Shown: positions 37,871 through 46,224 of the stretch, in pieces
Position numbering within the stretch: the stretch's first letter is position 1
How the letters are laid out: each line of letters opens with the position of its first letter
Assembly: GCA_030266915.1 (NCBI GenBank)
Contig: JAJDIZ010000001.1
Location: 9,793 to 73,792, forward strand
Length of the DNA stretch: 64,000 bases
Direction of reading: 5' to 3'
Source: Ruminococcaceae bacterium OttesenSCG-928-D13
Lineage (GTDB): Bacteria; Bacillota; Clostridia; Oscillospirales; Ruminococcaceae
The notes under the pieces: generated by a model
What the model was told of the DNA's origin: nothing
The model's input: the letters and a program-made list of their open reading frames with translations, nothing else
The model's database searches: none
Made by a program: the position numbers and the translations under genes

Positions 37871-39013
37871 TCAGGCCATATCGTTTTTGAAGAACTGAAC
37901 CGCCATATACAGGCAGCTGACGCCCGCCGGGTTGCGGGGATCGTAGCCGGTGATCTCCTTCAGCTTGCGCAGCTTGTATTGCAGGGTGTTTTTGTGCATG
38001 AACAGCTGCTCCGCCGTTTGGTTCACCGAACCGCTGCAGCTGAAGTACACCTCCAGCAGATGGATCCATGCTGTCAGTTCCTCGGGGGTGCACCCGGCAA
38101 ACAGTTTGGCCACATACTGGGTTTTCACGTGGCTGGGGATCTCACTCAAAAGCAGCTCCAGCGCGATCTCGTCGTAAAAGCAGAGCGCCTGCTCCCTTTG
38201 CAGCGAGGCGGCCTTGAGGGCCTCCTCGGCGTTACGGCAGGCGGTCCGTGCCTGTCCGCCCTGGGCGGGCCGGCCGTCGGCCCCGGCCACCAGCACCACG
38301 CCGCACTGCTTGAGCGCGTTGCGCTTTACCACGTCGAACATTACCTGCAACCGCTTGTTGCTTTGCTCGCTCACGCCCAGCACAAAACGGTTTCGCCGGG
38401 TCAGCAGCACGGCGTCGGTGTCGGAACGCAAAATGTTCCGGGTGATTTTCTCAACCTCCTCCATCTCCTCCTGCATGCGCAGGGTGTCTTCAGGCGGCTT
38501 GTCGCGGCGGATGGCAAAAGCAATGATCCGCCGGGGACGCTCGATGTCAATGCTCAGCCGCAGCCCTCGGGCGGCAAAGGGCTCGTCAGGCGGCTCCTCG
38601 CCGTACAGCCACTCCTCCAGATACTGGCGGCGGGCCTGCTCGCCGCTGCGCAGCAGGCGCTGATGCTGGTCGTCCCGAAGCACAATCTCCGCCATCTTCT
38701 TGATGATCTGCCCCAGCATCGCCACCTGCTCATACTCCCCGGTGATGCCCACGACGCCGACAATCTCTCCCTCGAACACGATGGGGTAGTTGATACCCTT
38801 TTTCACGCCGGCAAACAGGTTTTCGTCCATGATTATCAGTTCTTCTATCCGCTCGTCTATCACCTTTTTGGCCGCCTCGTGGAAGTACCCCACCCGGTCC
38901 TCGTCGGTGCTGGCGATGATATATCCCTCGTTGTCCATGATGTTTACGTGCTGCTTGATTACACTGCCAAGCTCCCGCACGATCTGCACGGCGCTGTATT
39001 TTGAAAGCTTCAT
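37871..39013 (-). CDS. CdaR/SdaR family transcriptional regulator (sugar-diacid regulator, PucR-type C-terminal HTH)
   Basis: The N-terminal diacid_rec-like region is AQKIVRELGSV-type (AVQIVRELGSVIKQHVNIMD). The C-terminal HTH is AEQLFMHKNTLQYKLRKLKEITGYDP. Confidence 0.8.
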   Translation of the reverse strand: MKLSKYSAVQIVRELGSVIKQHVNIMDNEGYIIASTDEDRVGYFHEAAKKVIDERIEELIIMDENLFAGVKKGINYPIVFEGEIVGVVGITGEYEQVAMLGQIIKKMAEIVLRDDQHQRLLRSGEQARRQYLEEWLYGEEPPDEPFAARGLRLSIDIERPRRIIAFAIRRDKPPEDTLRMQEEMEEVEKITRNILRSDTDAVLLTRRNRFVLGVSEQSNKRLQVMFDVVKRNALKQCGVVLVAGADGRPAQGGQARTACRNAEEALKAASLQREQALCFYDEIALELLLSEIPSHVKTQYVAKLFAGCTPEELTAWIHLLEVYFSCSGSVNQTAEQLFMHKNTLQYKLRKLKEITGYDPRNPAGVSCLYMAVQFFKNDMA

Positions 39014-39403
39014 CCGGCCACCCCTCTATCCATAAAAAAGGCAGTTCAGCTCAAGAATGCCCGGTTCGGCGCGGGCCACTGCCTCTCTAGTCTAAACGGA
39101 TTCTTGCTTTAGAGCAATACCGCACAGAACGGCGTAGTCGGAGCGTCGAGAGATTTTCTTCGGCAGATTGATCAAAAAGCATAGGCAATACTTTGTGTAT
39201 TGCCGAGCATTTTCGGGCAAGATGACGGAGGAAAGATCCGGCGATACGTCTGCGTCCGGGCTGTGCGGTGTTGCCTTGGTGCAAATCCTGCCGGGTTCGC
39301 TTCACCGCCAGGGGGGATTGTGTTATCATATCTTTGGAATATCTGCCCTAAAGGAACGGCCGATCGGCCGACGGCAAACCCAATATGTAATGGAGATGAG
39401 TTT

Positions 39404-39997
39404 ATGGAGTACACACAGATCAGGCAGAGCTTTGAGCGTCATGGATTTACCACACAGCTTTTTTCCACCAAGGAGGAGGCCGCCGCTTACCTTGCCGAAA
39501 CCCTGCAAAACCAAACCATCGGGTTTGGCGGAAGCGAAACCCTGCGGGAGATGGGGCTGTTTGCGCTTCTGCACGAAAAAAACGCAGTGGTGTGGCACAA
39601 CAGGATTCCCGGCATGCAGGTGCGCAAGCTTGCCAACTGCGCAGAGGTCTACATAACCAGCGCCAACGCGGTGACCGAGACCGGGGAGATTCTCAACATA
39701 GACGGGACGGGAAATCGCGTCGCGATGACGGCCTTTGGCCCGGGCTGCTGCTACTATGTTGTTGGGAAAAACAAAATCACGGCGAATATCAACGATGCCT
39801 ACCATCGCTGCAAGAATATCGCGGCGCCCCTGAATGCCCGGCGGGTGGGCGCCAAAACACCCTGCGCGGTCAAGGGGGATAAGTGCTACGACTGCGACAG
39901 CCCCGGCCGGATCTGCCGTGTTATCTCGGTTATCGAGCGGGTGCCGATGGGCATGAAGTGTGAGATGATCTTCGTGGATGAGGATATGGGGTTTTAA
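39404..39997 (+). CDS. LUD-domain (lactate-utilisation LutC/YkgG-like, DUF162) protein
   Basis: Track ORF 39200..39997, with the ATG at 39404 after GGAG. The 197-aa protein has GFGGSETL...ITSANAVTETGEI..D..GNRV and a C-terminal Cys cluster, typical of standalone LUD proteins. Confidence 0.65.
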   Translation: MEYTQIRQSFERHGFTTQLFSTKEEAAAYLAETLQNQTIGFGGSETLREMGLFALLHEKNAVVWHNRIPGMQVRKLANCAEVYITSANAVTETGEILNIDGTGNRVAMTAFGPGCCYYVVGKNKITANINDAYHRCKNIAAPLNARRVGAKTPCAVKGDKCYDCDSPGRICRVISVIERVPMGMKCEMIFVDEDMGF

Positions 39998-40045
39998 TTT
40001 TCCACCGGACAGGCGAGCGAATTCAGCGGTACCCAAAGTACAAAT

Positions 40046-40095
40046 GCGGACGGCCAAGTTACTAAAATTTGGCCGCCCGCTTGCTTTCTTTTTTA
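40046..40095 (+). terminator. Rho-independent terminator
   Basis: GCGGACGGCCAA-N11-TTGGCCGCCCGC followed by a T-rich tail (TTGCTTTCTTTTTT). Confidence 0.7.
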
Positions 40096-40149
40096 CACGC
40101 CGTGCCGGTTCGCCAGCATGCTTTCAACCTGGACGCGCATAAAAGTATA

Positions 40150-40192
40150 TTGACATTCATCTATTTGGTTGATATACTCAGTCATAGATGAA
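40150..40192 (+). promoter_or_regulatory. Promoter with an overlapping inverted repeat (candidate ArsR-family operator)
   Basis: TTGACA (40150-55), 17 nt, TATACT (40173-78). The 9-bp arms TTCATCTAT (40156-64) and ATAGATGAA (40184-92) bracket the -10. Confidence 0.6.
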
Positions 40193-40231
40193 TATCTATA
40201 TTCACAAAAGTCTATGAACGAGGTGCTGACG

Positions 40232-40546
40232 ATGAACTACTCACACGGGGAGTATGCCCTTATGTTCAAAGCGCTGGCCGACGAAACCCGCTTGAAAATT
40301 ATCTGCCAGCTGCGCGGCGGTGAGGAACTTTGCGCCTGCAATATCCTGGAGAACCTGAGCATCACCCAGCCCACCCTTTCGCACCACATGAAAACGCTGA
40401 CCGAGAGCGGCCTTGTGAACTGCCGAAAGGACGCCAACTGGATGCGCTACACCATCAACGGGCAGCGCCTGGATGAAATGCAGCAGTTTTTGGACGGACT
40501 TAAAAACGAAACAGGCGGCGCGCGCAGCACAGGCTGCGAAAGCTGA
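40232..40546 (+). CDS. ArsR/SmtB family transcriptional regulator
   Basis: ALADETRLKIICQL...ELCACNILENL..ITQPTLSHHMKTL is a classic ArsR HTH with a CxC sensing motif. Confidence 0.85.
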   Translation: MNYSHGEYALMFKALADETRLKIICQLRGGEELCACNILENLSITQPTLSHHMKTLTESGLVNCRKDANWMRYTINGQRLDEMQQFLDGLKNETGGARSTGCES

Positions 40547-40566
40547 GGGGAAATGAGGAAACCAAC

Positions 40567-41580
40567 ATGCAAGTAATCAAAACCGCCTGGGATTTTTTTC
40601 AATCGCAAATTCTTGGCATGAAATGGCTGAACGATCTGATCGGCGCGGGTCTGTCGGCGCTGGGGCTGGACACCGGCGATTGGCTTGGCGGCGCCCTCCA
40701 GTTTTTCATCTACGACACCATTAAGATTTTCATTTTGCTCTCGGTGCTGATTTTTGGCATCTCCTACATCCAAAGCTATTTCCCGCCCGAGCGCTCGAAG
40801 CAGCTTTTGGGCCGCTTCAAAGGGATAGGGGCCAACATCATTGCCGCCCTGCTGGGCACAGTGACGCCCTTTTGTTCCTGTTCGTCCATTCCGCTGTTCA
40901 TCGGCTTCACCAGCGCAGGCCTGCCGCTGGGGGTCACCTTTTCCTTCCTCATCTCATCCCCGATGGTGGACCTCGGCTCCCTGGTGCTGCTGATGAGCAT
41001 CTTCGGCGCGCCTGTGGCCGTGGCCTATGTGGTGGTGGGATTGGTGCTGGCCGTTGTGGGTGGCACCCTCATCGAAAAGCTGCACATGGAAAAATATGTG
41101 GAGGAATACATCACGCGGGCGGGAAGTGTGGATATTGAATCGCCGAGCCTGACCCGCCACGACCGCCTGGTGTACGCCAAAGAGCAGATGCTGGAGACCA
41201 TCAAAAAAGTGGGGCCGTATATCTTCGTGGGGGTGGGCATCGGGGCGTTGATCCACAACATCATCCCGGCGAACTTCATTCAAGCCGTGCTTGGGGAGAA
41301 CAACCCCTTCTCGGTCATTATCGCCACGGTAATTGGCATTCCGATGTATGCGGACATCTTCGGCACCATCCCCATTGCCGAAGCCCTGTTTGCCAAGGGC
41401 GTGGGGCTGGGCACGGTGCTGTCCTTCATGATGGGGGTAACCACGCTGTCGCTGCCGTCCATGATCATGCTGCGCAAGGCGGTTAAGCCCAGGCTGCTGG
41501 CTCTTTTCATCGGTATCTGCACCCTGGGCATTATCATCATAGGCTACCTGTTCAACGCATTGCAGTTCCTATTCACATAA
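40567..41580 (+). CDS. Permease (DUF318/ArsP-like family membrane protein)
   Basis: The protein is polytopic with a conserved TPFCSCSSIP motif. It has the typical neighbourhood of an ArsR regulator upstream and a small thioredoxin-like protein downstream. Confidence 0.7.
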   Translation: MQVIKTAWDFFQSQILGMKWLNDLIGAGLSALGLDTGDWLGGALQFFIYDTIKIFILLSVLIFGISYIQSYFPPERSKQLLGRFKGIGANIIAALLGTVTPFCSCSSIPLFIGFTSAGLPLGVTFSFLISSPMVDLGSLVLLMSIFGAPVAVAYVVVGLVLAVVGGTLIEKLHMEKYVEEYITRAGSVDIESPSLTRHDRLVYAKEQMLETIKKVGPYIFVGVGIGALIHNIIPANFIQAVLGENNPFSVIIATVIGIPMYADIFGTIPIAEALFAKGVGLGTVLSFMMGVTTLSLPSMIMLRKAVKPRLLALFIGICTLGIIIIGYLFNALQFLFT

Positions 41581-41595
41581 CAGGAGGTACAGAAA

Positions 41596-41943
41596 ATGGC
41601 ATTGTTTGGAAAGAAAAAAGAGGCTCAAACCGAAAGCTGTTGCTGCGGCAGCGTCGACGCGAAAAGTATGGATGCGGCAGTGACCGCGCAAAAAGAGGGG
41701 GCCTCGGTGAAGGTGCTGGGCAGCGGGTGCAAAAAGTGCAACCAGCTGGAAGAAAACACAAAAGCCGCCCTTGCCCAGCTGGGCATGGACACTGCCGTCG
41801 ACCATGTGACCGACTTTGCCCAAATCGCGGCCATGGGCGTGATGACCACCCCGGCCCTTGTGGTGGACGGCAAGGTGGTGGTGTACGGCAAGGTTGCCAG
41901 GACCGATGAAATCGTGGCGCTGCTGCAAAAAGCGCGGGGGTGA
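41596..41943 (+). CDS. Thioredoxin-fold protein (redox-active disulfide protein 2 / Thioredoxin_3-like)
   Basis: VKVLGSGCKKCNQL has a CxxC motif, and ...TPALVVDGKVV is characteristic of this small family. There is an extra Cys-rich N-terminal tail (ESCCCGS). Confidence 0.7.
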   Translation: MALFGKKKEAQTESCCCGSVDAKSMDAAVTAQKEGASVKVLGSGCKKCNQLEENTKAALAQLGMDTAVDHVTDFAQIAAMGVMTTPALVVDGKVVVYGKVARTDEIVALLQKARG

Positions 41944-42133
41944 TCGAAATCGGGATTGTCCGGTGTTTTTGCATTTAGCTTTGTGTCACGACAACTTTTC
42001 TGTGTTCTTCTCGCTTTTCATGTATGAGTTCAAATGCGCTGTGGGCTTCGCCTGCTCGTTCACGGCTATTTTTTTCATTATAGCTTTTATGCTAAATCGC
42101 TTTCTTATACAAGGAAGAATCAAGGGAGCATGT

Positions 42134-42202
42134 AAGCTGAAACAGAAATAAAAAGGGCGGATGGCTTTTTGCCATCCGCCTTTTTTATTTCTGTTTCAGC
42201 TT
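42134..42202. terminator. Bidirectional terminator embedded in a 69-nt near-perfect palindrome
   Basis: The 32-nt arms AAGCTGAAACAGAAATAAAAAGGGCGGATGGC / GCCATCCGCCTTTTTTATTTCTGTTTCAGCTT have one mismatch and flank a TTTTT loop. It lies between convergent genes. Confidence 0.75.
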
Positions 42203-42235
42203 TGGCGCCATGGCTCCAGGTCACCGAGGATGTGC

Positions 42236-42988
42236 TTACAATCTGATTCGCGCGGCTACCTCCATGCACTGCTCGGCCAGGTACAGGGCGCGGTCGTCGG
42301 TGATGCGCGCCGCAGTGCTGCTAATGCTGAAAGCCGCCCCCATCCCGGCCGCCGAGGGCAGCGCCACCGCCACGCAGCGGATGCCGGGCTCGTTCTCCTC
42401 ATCGTCCAGCGCCCAGCCGCGCCGGCGTACCGTGCTCAGCTGCTTTTCCAGGGCCTCGAAGCTCTGCACCGTAGCCGGGGTACGGTGTGTGTGGTCGCTT
42501 TGCTCCCATATCTGGCGCACCTGGGCGTGGGGCAGGGAGGCAAGGATGGCTTTGCCCACGGCGGTGCAGTACATTGGGATGCGCGCCCCAATGCGGCTGC
42601 CCATCGTCAGGGTGCCCGCCTCCGCCTTGTGCACATAGACCACCTCGGTGCCATCGCGCACCACCATGTGCACCGTTTCGCCCAGCCGGGCCGAAAGCTC
42701 GTCCAGGTAGGGCCGCGCAATCGTCACCACGTCCATCTTTCCCACCAGCCCGCTGCCGATCTCAAACAGCCTGAGGGTTGCCCGGTAGTTGCCGGTGTCC
42801 GGCGCCTGCCCGACGTAGCCCAGCTCTATCAGGTTGGACAAAATTCGGTGCGCGGTGCTTTTGGGCAGGCCGGTGGATTGCGCCAGGGTTTTCAGCTCTG
42901 CCCCCGCGCCGCCGCATTGGGCCAGAGCTTCTAACAGCGCAAAGCACCGCCGTATGCTCTGGATGCTGCCGCCGCTCTCTTTTTCCAT
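42236..42988 (-). CDS. IclR family transcriptional regulator (KdgR-like)
   Basis: Track ORF runs to 43000, with the ATG at 42988 4 nt after GGAGG. It has an N-terminal HTH (LKTLAQSTGLPKSTAHRILSNL) and a C-terminal IclR effector domain. Confidence 0.8.
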   Translation of the reverse strand: MEKESGGSIQSIRRCFALLEALAQCGGAGAELKTLAQSTGLPKSTAHRILSNLIELGYVGQAPDTGNYRATLRLFEIGSGLVGKMDVVTIARPYLDELSARLGETVHMVVRDGTEVVYVHKAEAGTLTMGSRIGARIPMYCTAVGKAILASLPHAQVRQIWEQSDHTHRTPATVQSFEALEKQLSTVRRRGWALDDEENEPGIRCVAVALPSAAGMGAAFSISSTAARITDDRALYLAEQCMEVAARIRL

Positions 42989-43015
42989 GGGTACCTCCAA
43001 AATCTGTTGCTGCTA

Positions 43016-43078
43016 TTGACAATCATAATACGGTCACTATAATGTAGTCAACAATAATGTGGAATAATATTCCACATT
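43016..43078 (+). promoter_or_regulatory. eda-kdgK promoter with a perfect 23-bp palindromic operator
   Basis: TTGACA (43016-21), 16 nt, TATAAT (43038-43). The palindrome AATGTGGAATA-A-TATTCCACATT (43056-78) sits just downstream and is a plausible IclR site. Confidence 0.65.
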
Positions 43079-43127
43079 GTGAAATGGCGTCGATGCCGTT
43101 TCATCACTCTGGAAAGGCGGATTGCCC

Positions 43128-44090
43128 ATGAATCCTGTTCTTGAAAAGCTGGAAAAGATTGGTATTGTTCCTGTCATCGCGATATCCGACGTGGAAAAGG
43201 CGGTTCCCCTGGCAAAGGCGCTGCTGGCCGGCGGCATACCCTGCGCCGAGGTGACCTTCCGCACGGCCGAGGGCGAGCAGGCCATCGCCCGGATTGCCCG
43301 GGAGGTGCCCGACATTCTGGTGGGCGCGGGCACGGTGCTCACTACCGAGCAGGTGGACAGGGCCATCGCGGCAGGCGCCCAATTTGTGGTGAGCCCGGGG
43401 TTTAATCCCACTGTGGTGGACTACTGCATCCAAAAGGGGATGCCGATCACCCCGGGCTGCGCCACCCCCTCCGAAATGGAGATGGCGATGGAACGCGGGC
43501 TGGAGGTGGTGAAGTTCTTTCCCGCCGAACAGGCCGGCGGCCTCGCCTACCTGAAGGCTGTGGCCGGCCCCTACCCCCGGCTGCGGTTCATGCCCACCGG
43601 GGGCGTCAACGCCGAAAACCTGAACGAGTACCTTGCCTTCGAGAAGGTGATTGCCTGCGGCGGAAGCTGGATGGTGAAAAAAGAGTTGATCGAGGCGGGG
43701 TGCTTTGAGGAGATCAGCGCGCTGTGCCGCGGCGCGGTGCAGCGCATGCTGGGGCTGGAGCTGGCCCACCTGGGCATCAATATGGCCTCGGCCCCGCAGG
43801 CTGCCCAGACGGCCAAATGCTTCGAGGACCTTTTCGGCTTCGCCGCCAGGGAGGGCAACTCATCCTGGTTTGCCGGGCGGGGCATCGAGGTGATGAAGAC
43901 CCCCTACCTCGGGGAAAAAGGGCACATCGCCATCGGCACAAGCAGCGTGCTGCGGGCCCAGTATCACCTGGAGCGCAGTGGCGTTGCGTTTGACGAGAGT
44001 ACGGCAAAAACCAATGCAGCCGGACGGAAAACAGCCATCTACCTGCGGAATGAGGTGGCCGGGTTCGCCCTGCACCTGGTGCAAAAATAA
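43128..44090 (+). CDS. eda: 2-dehydro-3-deoxyphosphogluconate / 4-hydroxy-2-oxoglutarate aldolase with a ~110-aa C-terminal VOC-like extension
   Basis: IVPVI...EVTFRT...GAGTVL...VKFFPAE...MPTGGV are canonical Eda blocks. The protein is about 320 aa against about 210 for a typical Eda. The tail has HLGIN...GHIAIG VOC-like strands. Confidence 0.8.
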   Translation: MNPVLEKLEKIGIVPVIAISDVEKAVPLAKALLAGGIPCAEVTFRTAEGEQAIARIAREVPDILVGAGTVLTTEQVDRAIAAGAQFVVSPGFNPTVVDYCIQKGMPITPGCATPSEMEMAMERGLEVVKFFPAEQAGGLAYLKAVAGPYPRLRFMPTGGVNAENLNEYLAFEKVIACGGSWMVKKELIEAGCFEEISALCRGAVQRMLGLELAHLGINMASAPQAAQTAKCFEDLFGFAAREGNSSWFAGRGIEVMKTPYLGEKGHIAIGTSSVLRAQYHLERSGVAFDESTAKTNAAGRKTAIYLRNEVAGFALHLVQK

Positions 44091-44106
44091 GGAAAAGGTG
44101 AGCATT

Positions 44107-45126
44107 ATGAGTGTTGTTACATTTGGAGAGCTGATGCTGCGGCTGGCCCCCGAGGGTTACACCCGTTTTGTGCAGGCCAATAACCTCGTCGTCACCTACG
44201 GCGGCGGCGAGGCCAACGTGGCCGTGAGCCTGGCAAACTTTGGGGTGGACGTGGCCTTTGTAACCAAGCTTCCCCGCAACGACTTTGGCCAATCCGCTGT
44301 AAACAGCCTGCGCCAGTTCGGGGTGGATACCAGCAAAATTGTGCGCGGCGGCGCGCGCATTGGCATCTACTTCCTCGAAAAGGGGGCCTCCCAGCGCCCC
44401 TCCAAGGTTCTTTATGACCGTGCCGGCTCGGCCATTGCCACGGCGCAAAAAGAAGATTTCGACTGGGATAGTATCTTCGACGGCGCGAAATGGTTCCATT
44501 TCACCGGCATCACCCCGGCCCTGGGTGAAAACGTGGCGGCAATCTGTGAGGACGCCTGCAAGGCGGCCAAGGCCAGGGGGCTGACCGTCAGCTGTGATTT
44601 GAACTACCGCAAAAACCTGTGGAGCCGCGAGGAGGCAGGCCGGGTGATGGGCCGGCTGATGGAGTACGTGGACCTGTGCATCGCCAACGAGGAGGACGCC
44701 GCCGACGTGTTTGGCATCCATGCGCCCGACACCGACGTCACCGCCGGTGAGGTGAACCACGAGGGCTACAAGATGGTGGCAAAGCAGCTTGCCGACCGGT
44801 TCGACTTTGGCCGGGTGGCCATCACCCTGCGGGAGAGCCTCTCCGCCAACGACAACAACTGGGCGGCCATGCTATACGAGGGCGGGAACAGCTGGTTCTC
44901 CAAAAAATACCCGGTGCATATTGTGGACCGGGTGGGCGGCGGCGACAGCTTCGGCGCCGGGCTCATCTACGCCGCCTTGAACGGCTACGAGCCCCAGCAG
45001 GCGCTGGACTTCGCGGTGGCGGCCTCCTGCCTCAAGCACTCCATCGAAGGGGACTTCAACCACATGAGCGTGGAGGAAGTGCAGAAGCTGGCCGGCGGCG
45101 ACGGCTCCGGCCGGGTGCAGCGGTAG
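44107..45126 (+). CDS. kdgK: 2-dehydro-3-deoxygluconokinase (PfkB family sugar kinase)
   Basis: Track ORF 43978..45126, starting MSVVTFGELMLRL. It has GGGEANVAVSLA and the PfkB signature GGGDSFGAGLIY. It is adjacent to eda and IclR. Confidence 0.85.
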   Translation: MSVVTFGELMLRLAPEGYTRFVQANNLVVTYGGGEANVAVSLANFGVDVAFVTKLPRNDFGQSAVNSLRQFGVDTSKIVRGGARIGIYFLEKGASQRPSKVLYDRAGSAIATAQKEDFDWDSIFDGAKWFHFTGITPALGENVAAICEDACKAAKARGLTVSCDLNYRKNLWSREEAGRVMGRLMEYVDLCIANEEDAADVFGIHAPDTDVTAGEVNHEGYKMVAKQLADRFDFGRVAITLRESLSANDNNWAAMLYEGGNSWFSKKYPVHIVDRVGGGDSFGAGLIYAALNGYEPQQALDFAVAASCLKHSIEGDFNHMSVEEVQKLAGGDGSGRVQR

Positions 45127-45160
45127 TCAACAGTATGACGCGCCGCGTCTGTCTGATCTA

Positions 45161-45208
45161 AAAACACCTCTGGTGCTCGGTTTGACCGATGCGCCAGGGG
45201 TGTTTTGC
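45161..45208 (+). terminator. Rho-independent terminator
   Basis: AAACACCTCTGGTGC-N14-GCGCCAGGGGTGTTT followed by TG. Confidence 0.6.
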
Positions 45209-45333
45209 TGCTGAACCCGGGCGGGGCAGCCCATGTGGCCTCGTGCCCTTTATTTTTTTGCGTGTCATGTTATACTGAAATGTAGAGCGTTGCCCGCAAT
45301 CACGCGTCATAAGCATTGCCCCATGGAGGTTCC

Positions 45334-45753
45334 ATGTATTATCTGCTCTCCGCCCTCATCGGTATCATCGTTGCGGTGATGATTGCCGTCAACGGGGAAC
45401 TCACCGCCTGGTACGGGGTGTATCCCGCCACCGTCATCATCCATCTGGTGGGCCTTGTGCTGGTGCTGGTGCTGGTGGCAGCGCGCCGCCCGCGCCTGCG
45501 GCCCAGCTGCAAGCTGCCGTTTTACGCCTGGCTGGGCGGCGCCGTGGGGGTGGCCACCACGGTTTTCAACAACGCGGCCTTTGGGCACATCAGCGTGTCG
45601 GCCCTGCTGGCCCTGGGGCTGGTGGGGCAGACCGTCACCGCCCTGGCCTTCGACCACTGGGGCGTGCTGGGCACCCCGCGCCGGGCCTTCAACAAAAAGA
45701 AGCTGATCGGCTTCACCCTGGTTCTGGCCGGGGTGGCCGTGATGCTGTTTTAG
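45334..45753 (+). CDS. DMT-superfamily half-transporter (DUF606/YdcZ-like)
   Basis: ATG at 45334 after GGAGG. The ~140-aa protein has 4-5 helices and is paired with a second DUF606-like gene. Confidence 0.65.
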   Translation: MYYLLSALIGIIVAVMIAVNGELTAWYGVYPATVIIHLVGLVLVLVLVAARRPRLRPSCKLPFYAWLGGAVGVATTVFNNAAFGHISVSALLALGLVGQTVTALAFDHWGVLGTPRRAFNKKKLIGFTLVLAGVAVMLF

Positions 45754-45765
45754 GGGGAAGAAAAT

Positions 45766-46224
45766 ATGCTTGTCGCGATTATCATTTCTCTTTTGGCGGG
45801 CTTCACCAACGTGCTGGGCCGCACCCTGAACGCAAAGCTCACCGCCGCTACCAGCCAGCTTTGCGCCACCCTGATGAACTACGTCACCGGGCTGGTTGTC
45901 TCCGGCTTGATTCTGCTGGGCCTCTGGCAGCAGCTGCCGCCGGCCGCCGCCGAAGGGCTGCCGCCGCTCTGGATTCTGCTGGGCGGCGGGGCGCTGGGGG
46001 TGGCCACCGTCACCCTGCTGAACCTGACCACCCACCGCATCTCGGCCTTCTACCTCACGCTGCTCACCTTCGTGGGGCAGGTGTTCACCGGGGTGATCAT
46101 CGACATCATCCTGACGAAAAGCTTCTCTTGGCAGAACCTGCTGGGAGGTGTGCTGGTGAGTGCCGGCCTTGCCGTGAACCTGGCCATCGACCGGCGGGAC
46201 GGCAAGGGGGAGGTCGGCGCATGA
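45766..46224 (+). CDS. DMT-superfamily half-transporter (DUF606/YdcZ-like)
   Basis: 152 aa and hydrophobic. It is the tandem partner of 45334..45753. Its stop overlaps the next start (ATGA). Confidence 0.65.
   Translation: MLVAIIISLLAGFTNVLGRTLNAKLTAATSQLCATLMNYVTGLVVSGLILLGLWQQLPPAAAEGLPPLWILLGGGALGVATVTLLNLTTHRISAFYLTLLTFVGQVFTGVIIDIILTKSFSWQNLLGGVLVSAGLAVNLAIDRRDGKGEVGA

Noticed and set aside
39240-39400. Possible cobalamin riboswitch upstream of the LUD-domain gene, prompted by GGTGCAAATCC...GCCGGG
   Set aside because: Only the GGTGxAAxTCC-like fragment is present. The AGGGAA element and the GCCACTG B12 box are absent, and the downstream gene has no link to cobalamin. This is judged a chance resemblance.
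41986-42078. 30-codon minus-strand ORF (MKKIAVNEQAKPTAHLNSYMKSEKNTEKLS) in the AT-rich spacer beside the long palindrome
   Set aside because: It has no Shine-Dalgarno sequence and no recognisable motif. It is short enough to arise by chance in AT-rich DNA. It is kept only as a note.
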